DNA of 64,000 nucleotides from a virus (Duplodnaviria; Caudoviricetes): IMG/VR virus record IMGVR_UViG_3300028888_000007, positions 21,502 to 85,501 of that record; one strand, 5' to 3'. Shown piece by piece: positions 9,689 to 18,613 of this stretch (position 1 is its first letter; each line of letters starts with the position of its first letter). The notes under the pieces were generated by a model. It saw only the letters and a program-made list of their open reading frames with translations, ran no database searches and was not told where the DNA came from. The position numbers and the translations under genes were made by a program.

Positions 9689-10239
9689 TGGCAACTAAAA
9701 AGCGTTCAAGATATGTTAGGAATGCTGATTGGGATAGGTATAAACATGTTGTTCAGAAATTTCTCGAGGATGATTCTGGTAGACAAACTATAGGTTGGTG
9801 TAGGCATATAGATCAGATGCTTCTTATGGGAGAAGATAAAGCTCCTAAGTATACTTTGGTATTGATAGAAGCTCTCTGTTACTATAATGCTTTTAGAAAC
9901 TGGCCTATCAATAAAGCTACAGTTTCTGGAGAATTAGATGATGAGAATTTAGTTATCTTAATCCCAAAATCAGCCATCACCAAATATCTTAATCCCAATG
10001 GCTATCTAAGATTTAACTGGTCTGAAGATAGGTTTATTATTAATGGTATTCCGTATAAACCAGATGGAGATACTGAAGTAGCTCAAGCTAAAGATGAACC
10101 CATTGTATTTCAGATCATACTAAAACGTGATAGGGATACAGTTATAGATGCTTCTAGTTTTGATAACTCTTTTGCTGATATCAACAGTATACCTTTTCAT
10201 GATATTAACAGTGTTTTATTTTTAGGAAAAAATTCATAA
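9688..10239 (+). CDS. Head-closure (stopper) protein
   Basis: Position after the adaptor; beta-rich, DRFIINGIPY motif. Confidence 0.6.
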   Translation: MATKKRSRYVRNADWDRYKHVVQKFLEDDSGRQTIGWCRHIDQMLLMGEDKAPKYTLVLIEALCYYNAFRNWPINKATVSGELDDENLVILIPKSAITKYLNPNGYLRFNWSEDRFIINGIPYKPDGDTEVAQAKDEPIVFQIILKRDRDTVIDASSFDNSFADINSIPFHDINSVLFLGKNS

Positions 10240-10242
10240 ACT

Positions 10243-12864
10243 ATGTACAACAGTCAATATTATACTTGTGAACAGATAGACCAGAGACTTCTTCAGGGTT
10301 ATCTGGATGATTACAATTCACAAAATAACACTAATTTAACTAAAGCTGAGTTCCTTGCTTTACTTTTTAATACCTTAGGTCGTAACAGCACTGTGGATAA
10401 CCTTGTAACTCAAATAGGTTATTATGAGTGTGATACCGCAGTAGGGACGGCCGCTAAGGTTCTTTCGGTTGCTAATTATGCTCTGTTTGCCGGTGGAGCC
10501 CTGAAGGTGAAATTTGTAAACAAGAACACAGCTAATAACGCTACTCTTAACATTAATAGCCAAGGAGCTAAGGCTTTATATTATCAAGGTGAAAGAGCTT
10601 CTGCTACCAATTCTTGGGATGACAATGAGGTGGTAGAGATTTATTACGATGGTACAAGCTATTATGCCAATAATATAAAGGGTGGCTCTGGTTCTGGTGT
10701 GTATGACGTCAGTAAGGAACATCCTACCAGTGGGCCTAATGGTGATGGTAAATTTACTCTTGAATACATCCTTAATTCGAGTAATGTAAATGAACTCATC
10801 CCAATCAACAAAAGAGAGCCCGGAATGACTATCCAATTTGTATCTACTTCTGACAATAAGTATGTGCAGTATAGACTAATGTCTAAAACTTGGAGTACTA
10901 ATATTTCTAATTGGCAAGGAGTTGATGCGGAGCCTGTTGCTGGAAGCAAGAATTTAGTTGAAAGCAGTGGAGTTAAACAACAAATAGCAAAAATAAATTA
11001 TGGAGGTAATGTTTTTGCATGGGATGACCTATCAATAAATTCAGAATACATTCTTTATTCCACAGGGAATAAAACACAATCTGCTGCTGGAATGTTTAAG
11101 CATGTCAATAAGGCGTTTTATGTAACACAAAGAACCTATATCAGATATAAAATTTATGGTCAGGGTGGTGCTGATATCGCTCTGATTGCCATATATGATG
11201 TTAATAACACTTATAAACAAGAGCAATCCGTAAAACCTTCTTCGTCAAGTGGTTTTGTTGAGGGAGAACTGACAATTCAACAAGATGGACATATAGAAAT
11301 ATCATTTAATGAAACTTCTCTTAACGCAGGCATTCCGCTTAATTCATATTTCTACTTTGATGCTGATTATATAAAGCAGGATGAAATACAAAAAAATAAT
11401 GTCACAAAAAGAATAGACAGTGATAGAGATAATATTACGCTTTCTGATTCTGTATATTATAACGTGTATCAAAACGAAAGTGTAACTAATGCCCGCATAT
11501 CCAACGCAGAAACAGGAGCAATAACAAATGATGCATCGTGGAGATTGACAGGGTATGTATCATTAAAAACCAAACCAGTTTCCTTTATTTTATTGATTTG
11601 TAACAACGAAGACAATGTGAGAATCGCGTATTATGATAAAGACAAACAATATATTGGATGTTACCAGCCACTCAACAATCAAGGACCAACAAATGGTCGT
11701 GTGATACCTATCTATGATATACCAAGTAATGCTTATTATTTAAGACATTGCTATCCTAATTTTGGTGCCAGAGGATGTTTGATGTATTTCAAAAATACAA
11801 CTTCTATATGTAGAGATGTTGTTTTTGATATGTCAATAAATATTGGGTCATTATCTGTTGTAACAAATGGGCATTTGCAGAGTAATGGTATAAATACTGG
11901 TATGAGTACTTATAAAACGACAATGTGGATAAAAGTCCCACAAAATTATACAATCGTAGTCAATGGATATGATTCCCTTGGTGCTCCACTTGCAATTAAA
12001 GAGTATAGATTTGTCAATTCTTGTTCTTGGGGACCACTAACTTCGGCAAATGATGAAAGTGTTATTTGCCTCACGGCTTCAGAAAGTGACATGTATTTTA
12101 TTTGCGAACTTGGAGGCGAAAGCAAAGATACTTATGTTCCAAAGTATAGTTCTCCAGAAATTAGAATATATAAAGAATCACCATTTGTCAAGCCACACAA
12201 TAAAACCATAGAACGGAATCTTAATTATGATATCCCGATAATCTATAAAGAAGGTCTAAAGGCTTTATTCGCTAATGTATTGTGTATTGGTGATAGTATT
12301 ACAGAAGGTGTTCTTGCAACAGGAACTACTGGAAATAGATTACCTTATCCATCTGTATTGTCAGAGATTACATCATGGAATGTAACAAATGCAGGTTCTG
12401 CATCAAAGACGGCTGTTAGTTGGGTAAGTAATTATCTCAATACTTACGACTATTCTGCATACGATGCCTTTATTATATATTTTGGCACGAATGATACAAT
12501 TAATAACACATTGAGTGGTGATTTTGATGGAGATACAAACTATTCTTCTCCTGATGATTATGCTGCTACAACAGAAGGACAGTACGCACGATTGGTCGAA
12601 ACAATATTAACACAAAATCTAAATTCCAAGATATTCTTATTGCGTGGTGGGTACTCATGTAATTATATGAATATATGTATAAAGAAGTTGAATGAGAAAT
12701 ACAGCAATACATACATTCTTGATGTGTATAATGCTTGGGATTCGATTTGGCTGAGAAATCCAATATATCATTCTTCTAACGATAAGGTTCATTTCAACCA
12801 ACTTGGATATTGTGTTTTCGCTTCAAAAGTGTTTGATTTGTTGGCAAAGTCATTAGTTGAATAA
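10243..12864 (+). CDS. Virion fibre with C-terminal SGNH/GDSL hydrolase domain
   Basis: SGNH blocks IGDSITEG, NAGSAS, FGTND, DKVHFN; N-terminal fibre-like segments. Confidence 0.8.
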   Translation: MYNSQYYTCEQIDQRLLQGYLDDYNSQNNTNLTKAEFLALLFNTLGRNSTVDNLVTQIGYYECDTAVGTAAKVLSVANYALFAGGALKVKFVNKNTANNATLNINSQGAKALYYQGERASATNSWDDNEVVEIYYDGTSYYANNIKGGSGSGVYDVSKEHPTSGPNGDGKFTLEYILNSSNVNELIPINKREPGMTIQFVSTSDNKYVQYRLMSKTWSTNISNWQGVDAEPVAGSKNLVESSGVKQQIAKINYGGNVFAWDDLSINSEYILYSTGNKTQSAAGMFKHVNKAFYVTQRTYIRYKIYGQGGADIALIAIYDVNNTYKQEQSVKPSSSSGFVEGELTIQQDGHIEISFNETSLNAGIPLNSYFYFDADYIKQDEIQKNNVTKRIDSDRDNITLSDSVYYNVYQNESVTNARISNAETGAITNDASWRLTGYVSLKTKPVSFILLICNNEDNVRIAYYDKDKQYIGCYQPLNNQGPTNGRVIPIYDIPSNAYYLRHCYPNFGARGCLMYFKNTTSICRDVVFDMSINIGSLSVVTNGHLQSNGINTGMSTYKTTMWIKVPQNYTIVVNGYDSLGAPLAIKEYRFVNSCSWGPLTSANDESVICLTASESDMYFICELGGESKDTYVPKYSSPEIRIYKESPFVKPHNKTIERNLNYDIPIIYKEGLKALFANVLCIGDSITEGVLATGTTGNRLPYPSVLSEITSWNVTNAGSASKTAVSWVSNYLNTYDYSAYDAFIIYFGTNDTINNTLSGDFDGDTNYSSPDDYAATTEGQYARLVETILTQNLNSKIFLLRGGYSCNYMNICIKKLNEKYSNTYILDVYNAWDSIWLRNPIYHSSNDKVHFNQLGYCVFASKVFDLLAKSLVE

Positions 12865-12897
12865 CTACATAGTTATTGTAAAAAGTATATACAAAAG

Positions 12898-12925
12898 AAA
12901 GGCAGCCACTTCTGTGGCTGCCTTT
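12898..12925 (+). terminator. Intrinsic terminator-like hairpin
   Basis: Perfect 12-bp stem AAAGGCAGCCAC-TTCT-GTGGCTGCCTTT after the fibre gene. Confidence 0.8.
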
Positions 12926-12957
12926 ACAAAGATTAAATAATAAATAATTGAAAAGTT

Positions 12958-13332
12958 ATGGATACATTTGCAATGCCTATTGGCGGTAAGATGGTACTTA
13001 GAAGTACTGGTGAAGAAGTTGAGATTATTGATTCTCAGTTTGGAGAAAGAGGTGCTCGTACTGATGAAGACTGGGTTACTTATATTGACTCTAACGGCAA
13101 AGAACATATCAAGGAGCATCTTAATATTCAGCTTGATTTTAAGACTGTAGTGAACGATGCTTTCAACAAAGTGTTTGACTTTGCTACAAATAAAATGCCT
13201 ACTACAAGAAATAGTAGGATATTTGAGGTGGCTAAAGCACTTTACCTTGACAATGAAAGAGATTATTCTATAGAAGATGCTGTTCAGGTAGCTACCAAGT
13301 TGGTTGATGAAGTTGGTGTTGAGACGGAGTAA
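12958..13332 (+). CDS. Hypothetical protein
   Basis: 124-aa ORF with AT-rich leader, flanked by two terminator hairpins. Confidence 0.75.
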   Translation: MDTFAMPIGGKMVLRSTGEEVEIIDSQFGERGARTDEDWVTYIDSNGKEHIKEHLNIQLDFKTVVNDAFNKVFDFATNKMPTTRNSRIFEVAKALYLDNERDYSIEDAVQVATKLVDEVGVETE

Positions 13333-13380
13333 AACTGGATGATTTCTACCGGCATGCCTGCTCTTCATCAATAAGTAGGT

Positions 13381-13430
13381 ACATAATGAGTGTAGATAGT
13401 TGAATCTGTCTACACTCATTATGTTTTTTC
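13381..13430 (+). terminator. Intrinsic terminator
   Basis: 19-bp stem ACATAATGAGTGTAGATAG / CTGTCTACACTCATTATGT (one G-U pair) followed by a T run. Confidence 0.85.
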
Positions 13431-13555
13431 TATCAGTTTAGTAGTATCTTTAATATTGAAACTTATGGTTAAACTATTGATATCAATGAAAACTGATCCT
13501 CCATAAGAAGAGGTAGGTTAGAACCCTATTTATTCACATATTAAATAGCCCTATA

Positions 13556-14599
13556 ATGGAACCATTTAATTTTTATAATAATGCTAAAAGGGAACACTTC
13601 AATGCAAGTTTTTCCGAGTATCTCAATTCGAGTAAGGACAATATGTTCGTATTGGACCTGAGTAACTGTACCATTATAGAGTGTATTAATAAGATGTGTG
13701 AAATAAAGGTAAGGTCACATCCAAGGATAATGTATAACTATCGAATGCTTGTCAGAAAGATTACTGATCTGGAGAAACAATTTGGTTGTACCATTATGCC
13801 AGCTATGATAAGCTCGGTATTTTGGAATCACTTTATACCATTCTTGGCTGATCAAGGTTTGAAGTACTCTACCATTAAGCATGTGAAGACTAGTTTGATA
13901 ACCGTATTGAATTGGTCTTCGAAATATGGTGTTAAATTGAACCCTAGCTACAGTGAGGTAGATATACCTAACTATATAGCTAGTAAGATATCACTTACAC
14001 CAGATGAGATTAGTCATATATACCATTTTAAAATAGGGGCAACTAAATCTTACTGCCCAAGGTTGAAAAAGGTAATTAAGATGAGGAGAAATAAGATTAA
14101 GACACTCGAAAAGGTAAGAGATATGTTTGTACTTGGTTGTAATCTTGGACAACGTTACTCTGACCTTGTAAGAATCACACCAGACAACTTTAAGAATGGT
14201 CAGTTCTCTATAGTACAACAGAAGACTGGTAACAAATGCTTTGTACCTATCAATAACTTAAGTATAGATGCAAGGATTACATTTGCCATCCTTAATAAGT
14301 ATGGTTATCGTGCTCCTTACACTGGTGATATCAATAATTATAACTCCTACCTTCACGAGTTACTGCTACATATCGGAGAGGGTTTTCTCGAAGAGGTACA
14401 TATCGATAATAAGATTAATGGAGTAATAACACGTGAAACCAAATTAAGGTATCAATTGATTTCATCTCATAGTGCAAGACGTTCATTCGCCACTATCAAT
14501 ACTCTTAGAAATATTCCTCGTAATCAAATCTTAAGAGCTACAGGCCATTCTAGTGAACGAGCATTTAATAGATATATTTGTTATGAGGATGATAATTAA
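13556..14599 (+). CDS. Tyrosine recombinase (core-binding + catalytic domains, no evident arm-binding domain)
   Basis: LGQRYSDL (Arg I), QQKTG (Lys), HSARRSFAT (HxxR), TGHSSERAFNRY (His, Tyr nucleophile). Confidence 0.93.
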   Translation: MEPFNFYNNAKREHFNASFSEYLNSSKDNMFVLDLSNCTIIECINKMCEIKVRSHPRIMYNYRMLVRKITDLEKQFGCTIMPAMISSVFWNHFIPFLADQGLKYSTIKHVKTSLITVLNWSSKYGVKLNPSYSEVDIPNYIASKISLTPDEISHIYHFKIGATKSYCPRLKKVIKMRRNKIKTLEKVRDMFVLGCNLGQRYSDLVRITPDNFKNGQFSIVQQKTGNKCFVPINNLSIDARITFAILNKYGYRAPYTGDINNYNSYLHELLLHIGEGFLEEVHIDNKINGVITRETKLRYQLISSHSARRSFATINTLRNIPRNQILRATGHSSERAFNRYICYEDDN

Positions 14600-14670
14600 T
14601 TTTACTAGATATGACTTATGAAGAAGAACAGGAAAACTATTAAATCTCACAAGGCAAAATAACTTTTTAC

Positions 14671-14826
14671 TCCGGCAAATATGGTCCCAACTCAATAGTC
14701 AAAAATACTTTTGATATTGATGTTTTGGCTAACTTATTTGCCGGATTTTTTAACAATAGATAGTACTTATACAAGACTCTTCGAATAATATAATGAATAT
14801 ATTATATGAGAAAGGGCCCTTCTCAT
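14671..14826. repeat. Nested hairpin and palindromes between the recombinase and the cassette
   Basis: TCCGGCAAATA (14671) / TATTTGCCGGA (14745) encloses TCAATAGTCAAAA-ATAC-TTTTGATATTGA; near-perfect palindrome ATGAGAA-A-GGGCCC-TTCTCAT at 14806-14826. Confidence 0.75.
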
Positions 14827-14864
14827 TTAGTTAACGTTATTTATTAATCATTAAAACAAAAATT

Positions 14865-15899
14865 ATGGCTTACTCAGAAAACCCTTCTAGGGTAATGGTG
14901 TTCCCTGATGGGAACTCCGGTAACGGTAACGTGCCAGCTTGGGTCCTTCCATTTATGGGTGGAAACTTTGGTAACAATGGTGGCTTATTCGGTGGTAATA
15001 ACGGTTGGGGAGGTGGAATCCTCGGCTTCCTACTTGGCCTGATGTTCGGTAATGGAGGTTTTGGTAACTTCTTCGGTGGGAACGGATGGAACAATGGGAA
15101 TGCCGGTGCAGGATTCCTCTCTAACCAAATCAACAATGACTCTGGTCGGGAATTGTTGATGAATGCTATTGTTTCTCAAGGCGAGCAGGCACGTACCGCT
15201 ATTCAGACTTTGAGCACTATGCTCGGTCAGGATTTCAATCTGGTCAACGGAGCAGTTCAGACAATCCAGACAGCAATCAATCAGATTGCTAACAATCAGG
15301 GTCTGAATGCTATGCAGATCATCAACTCTATTCAGAATGGTACTTGTACTCTCGGTCGTCAGATCTGTGAGTGTTGTTGCAACATGCAGCAGACCTTCAA
15401 TCAGGGTGTTAATACTCTGGAGAATGGTATGCAGGCTGGTTTCAATGGCGTCACTCAGGGTATCAATGGTATTCAGAACCAGATGGCAATTAATCAGGGT
15501 CGTGAAGAGCTTGGTCGTTGCCAGCAGACTTACACTCTCACAGAGAACAATAATCAGGGTAATCAGAGAATCCTTGATAAGATTTGTGAAATGCAGACCC
15601 AGAATCTGCAGGATAAGCTGGAGAAAGTTCGTGATGAGAACACGGTACTCCGTGGAACCATTAACACAGAACGTCAGACCCAGCAGTTTGGTGCTATGCT
15701 GAGTCAGGTAATCGCTCCTATTCAGGCTCGTATGCAGGTACTGGATGACAAGATTGATGGTATTGCTGCTAAACAGCCTAACACTGTCCCTGTAGTTTAC
15801 CCTAATCTGGTAGCAGTTCAGCAGAACCCTTATTATGGTTGTGGCTGCGGTGGCTATAACTATGGAGGCTGCGGTTGTAATGATGGTTTCTTCGGTTAA
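14865..15899 (+). CDS. Gly/Asn-rich, Gln/Asn coiled-coil protein with CECCC and a GCGC-rich tail (cassette gene 1)
   Basis: GGNNGWGGGILGFLLGLMFG; QICECCCNMQQ; C-terminal YYGCGCGGYNYGGCGCNDGFFG. Confidence 0.85.
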   Translation: MAYSENPSRVMVFPDGNSGNGNVPAWVLPFMGGNFGNNGGLFGGNNGWGGGILGFLLGLMFGNGGFGNFFGGNGWNNGNAGAGFLSNQINNDSGRELLMNAIVSQGEQARTAIQTLSTMLGQDFNLVNGAVQTIQTAINQIANNQGLNAMQIINSIQNGTCTLGRQICECCCNMQQTFNQGVNTLENGMQAGFNGVTQGINGIQNQMAINQGREELGRCQQTYTLTENNNQGNQRILDKICEMQTQNLQDKLEKVRDENTVLRGTINTERQTQQFGAMLSQVIAPIQARMQVLDDKIDGIAAKQPNTVPVVYPNLVAVQQNPYYGCGCGGYNYGGCGCNDGFFG

Positions 15900-15908
15900 T
15901 TAAAAACA

Positions 15909-16277
15909 TTGGTTATCATGCCTCCTATCAACATAAATCAGAGAAGAGGTTGGATTGATGTTATTAAAACTACGGTTGGTACTGAAAACGTTATTCTTAC
16001 GTTGCCTAATGGGACGTTTAGGTGGCGTAGACCAATAGGTTATGTATCGGTTCGTCTTAGTACTGCTATTGAGGCAACCGATACATTCCCAATCCTATTT
16101 TCAGTTAATGGTGTAACTTTACCTTTAACTGGGTTAAATGGAGTGGCTATAACCGTAGCAGATTTAAGTCAAACCGGTATTTACCTCATTTATTATAACA
16201 AGTCAACTAAGACTTTACAACTGATGGCCCCGTATGCTCCAACAGGAGCTACTGTCACCAATAATCAAGGAAATTAA
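15909..16277 (+). CDS. Small beta-rich hypothetical protein (cassette gene 2)
   Basis: ORF track; TTG start uncertain; GIYLIYYNKSTKTLQL. Confidence 0.7.
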   Translation: MVIMPPININQRRGWIDVIKTTVGTENVILTLPNGTFRWRRPIGYVSVRLSTAIEATDTFPILFSVNGVTLPLTGLNGVAITVADLSQTGIYLIYYNKSTKTLQLMAPYAPTGATVTNNQGN

Positions 16278-16302
16278 GTATTAACAAATCACACCTAGAC
16301 TC

Positions 16303-16839
16303 ATGTTCTCAAACATTAGACAGGGAGTTCCTGTATACCTTTTAGATAAGGTCGGACAAAACGGACCAGTATTAAAGATTGGTCAAGTAGAGCAAGTAAG
16401 TCAGCTGCAGCCTAAACACCAGACATTCACTCCTGGAGTAAACATAGGCTTGCCTAATCTCAATGAGATGGTTATTAATATCCGGGTTAAATTTGATGAT
16501 GGTCCAAGAGACTTTAATCAGGTTCCGGCTAACCTATCTCTGGCAGATTTCAATAATGGTACTGTTATTTCAGATAACCGGGCTGATATGATTTCTGAAA
16601 TTGAGGTGATGGCACAAAACAGTAAGAACATAATCTCTTCAGTTCCTTACCATCAGAAAGTAGTACAGGCTAGTGATTTGATGTTGAAGCAACTGAATCC
16701 TAATTTTGCTAAAGAGGCAGAGAGGGATACTACCATCTCTAACCTCAATCAGAAGGTGGATTCACTAACTGAAAACGTTAATACTCTAGTTAAGCTCTTC
16801 CTTGAAAGTGGTGGGAAAGTGGGTTCTGGTGCTAAATAA
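16303..16839 (+). CDS. Hypothetical protein with C-terminal coiled coil (cassette gene 3)
   Basis: Beta-rich N-half, helical C-half (ISNLNQKVDSLTENVNTL). Confidence 0.8.
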   Translation: MFSNIRQGVPVYLLDKVGQNGPVLKIGQVEQVSQLQPKHQTFTPGVNIGLPNLNEMVINIRVKFDDGPRDFNQVPANLSLADFNNGTVISDNRADMISEIEVMAQNSKNIISSVPYHQKVVQASDLMLKQLNPNFAKEAERDTTISNLNQKVDSLTENVNTLVKLFLESGGKVGSGAK

Positions 16840-16851
16840 CCAGAAGTCAAA

Positions 16852-17166
16852 ATGAAAATTTACGAATTCTTCGATGAAGACTACAATAAGACTGTAGATA
16901 TGGCCGAAGATATTGAGGAGCTTGCAGGGAAACTTGTAAAGTGTCTCAACAAGGCTGAAGAGAGAGAAGGCAATCAGGGTGGTGATATGAACTTCCGTCG
17001 TAGCCCTCGTATGCGTGGCGGTCGGGGTGGTGGACAAGGTAGCTACAATATGCCTCGTATGCGAGGTGGCATTGGTGGCTACGCTGAGGTACCTCCTCAC
17101 ATGCGTGGTTATGTCGTTCGTCCAGAGGATGAAGACTGGATGTATAACGAACGGTACAACTGGTAG
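16852..17166 (+). CDS. Acidic-helix + RGG-rich small protein (cassette gene 4)
   Basis: EEDIEELA-like acidic helix then RRSPRMRGGRGGGQGSYNMPRMRGGIGG. Confidence 0.8.
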   Translation: MKIYEFFDEDYNKTVDMAEDIEELAGKLVKCLNKAEEREGNQGGDMNFRRSPRMRGGRGGGQGSYNMPRMRGGIGGYAEVPPHMRGYVVRPEDEDWMYNERYNW

Positions 17167-17186
17167 GTTTAGAGATCCACAGTCCG

Positions 17187-17220
17187 GGGCAATAGAGGGA
17201 AACTTCTATTGCCCTTTATT
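17187..17220 (+). terminator. Intrinsic terminator inside the cassette
   Basis: 12-bp stem GGGCAATAGAGG-GAAA-CTTCTATTGCCC then TTTATT. Confidence 0.8.
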
Positions 17221-17241
17221 GTTGTTAAACTTATAGAGATT

Positions 17242-17661
17242 ATGAATCTTACAGATTACGAAACATTACCGAGGTCACAACGTATCTATATGATGCACTT
17301 CGGACCTCATTTTAATAAAGCATTGTGCAAGTTCGCAGTCAGTAACATGTTCTTGGATGACGAAGAGCTTCAACCTATAGAGCCTATCACTAAAGAACAG
17401 GTGGACGAAATATTGGCAGCAAATAATATCCGTCTAGCAAACAATAGATTGTACGACTATGTATTTGTTGCAAATATGGGTAAAGCTGACTACATGGGTG
17501 AAGGAGGCTGCCTAGAAGACGAGCAACATTTAGCTAAGTATATCAAAAATGTAATTGATGATCCTGATGCTAGGGAAGGTGTAACCTTTGCAAGGTGGTT
17601 GGCTACTATGGCAGTAAATGGTATAGAGATAGAATGGTCTGACATACTTGATCACTCATGA
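17242..17661 (+). CDS. Hypothetical protein (cassette gene 5)
   Basis: In ORF 17209..17661; ATG 17242 preferred because 17209 lies inside the terminator; HFGPHFNKALC and YIKNVIDDPD motifs. Confidence 0.75.
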   Translation: MNLTDYETLPRSQRIYMMHFGPHFNKALCKFAVSNMFLDDEELQPIEPITKEQVDEILAANNIRLANNRLYDYVFVANMGKADYMGEGGCLEDEQHLAKYIKNVIDDPDAREGVTFARWLATMAVNGIEIEWSDILDHS

Positions 17662-18044
17662 CAACTCAGAGTCTCCAGCTGTATGATTATGGCTGGAGAC
17701 TATTTGTGTTTTATAATATAACAGTAAAGGACTTAGACATAGTATTACCTGCTTTATGGGAAAACGGTTGTAGTAATGAAGGTATTAGAGAAGTAGCTTT
17801 AGCTATCATGAACCCTAACTCTGGATTTACTCACACTCAAGGTAGAACAAGTATAATGGGTATAGGTTGGACTGATTCACCAGAACAGTTCCAGAACACA
17901 TTAACTCATGAGATTAATCATCTTCAGGATGATATATGTATCTACTACGGATTACCATTATCAGGTGAGATACCTTCTTCTATAGTTGGTAACATTGCTA
18001 TGGCTATGTACAAAAGTTCCATAAAGTATTTAAATTATGCCTAG
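17658..18044 (+). CDS. HExxH putative metallopeptidase (cassette gene 6)
   Basis: FQNTLTHEINHLQD followed by GEIP; ATGA coupling to gene 5. Confidence 0.7.
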   Translation: MTTQSLQLYDYGWRLFVFYNITVKDLDIVLPALWENGCSNEGIREVALAIMNPNSGFTHTQGRTSIMGIGWTDSPEQFQNTLTHEINHLQDDICIYYGLPLSGEIPSSIVGNIAMAMYKSSIKYLNYA

Positions 18045-18612
18045 ATCCATATTTACTATTGGCCCTATACCTGAAATTTCTATAGAAGCCTCTTATATAA
18101 ATCCAGAGAATATTGAAAAGGTAAAGAAGTTAATAGAAGCTATGCCAGAGATTGAAACTATAGCTTATCATAAAGCTTGTACAAATTTTGGTAATATGCT
18201 TGCTAGGTATGTGAGGAGGTGTATAATGTCTAATACTCCACCAGAAGGAGTAAGTTGGCCTCCACATTCAAAAGATTATTTAAGGAAATATAATGTAAAA
18301 GGCTTTTGGCAATTATCTGGTCAGATGTTACGAAGTATAAAGCTAAGACAATATCAAGGAGGCTATTATGTTGGTCCTAACCCAGGTGAGAAGGCTGTTG
18401 ATCCAGTTAATAAATATGAAAGGAGTAGACCTTCTAAACTTACTTTAGTACAACTAGCTAGAGTATTAGAGGGTGGATTTAATATTAAAGGAGGAGGTGA
18501 TCTAGAAGCTAGACCCCTATTCAGGCCTTCTTTTAAAGCTGTTGGTGGTACAGAACGTTTAAAGAAATACTTAATCGCAAACTTAAGAAGAGAAGTTAAA
18601 AAATACCTATAA
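18037..18612 (+). CDS. Neck/tail-completion protein (HK97 gp10-like)
   Basis: Basic protein; LARVLEGG..ARPLFRPSF resembles the gp10-like E.G..RP(F) motif. Confidence 0.6.
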   Translation: MPRSIFTIGPIPEISIEASYINPENIEKVKKLIEAMPEIETIAYHKACTNFGNMLARYVRRCIMSNTPPEGVSWPPHSKDYLRKYNVKGFWQLSGQMLRSIKLRQYQGGYYVGPNPGEKAVDPVNKYERSRPSKLTLVQLARVLEGGFNIKGGGDLEARPLFRPSFKAVGGTERLKKYLIANLRREVKKYL

Positions 18613-18613
18613 T

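Noticed and set aside
13476-13487. 12-bp palindrome ATTGATATCAAT upstream of the recombinase as an att core
   Set aside because: A single AT-rich palindrome with no partner site; expected by chance at this composition
13556-14599. Proof that the window is an integrated prophage
   Set aside because: No host genes, att duplication, repressor or excisionase are visible in the window
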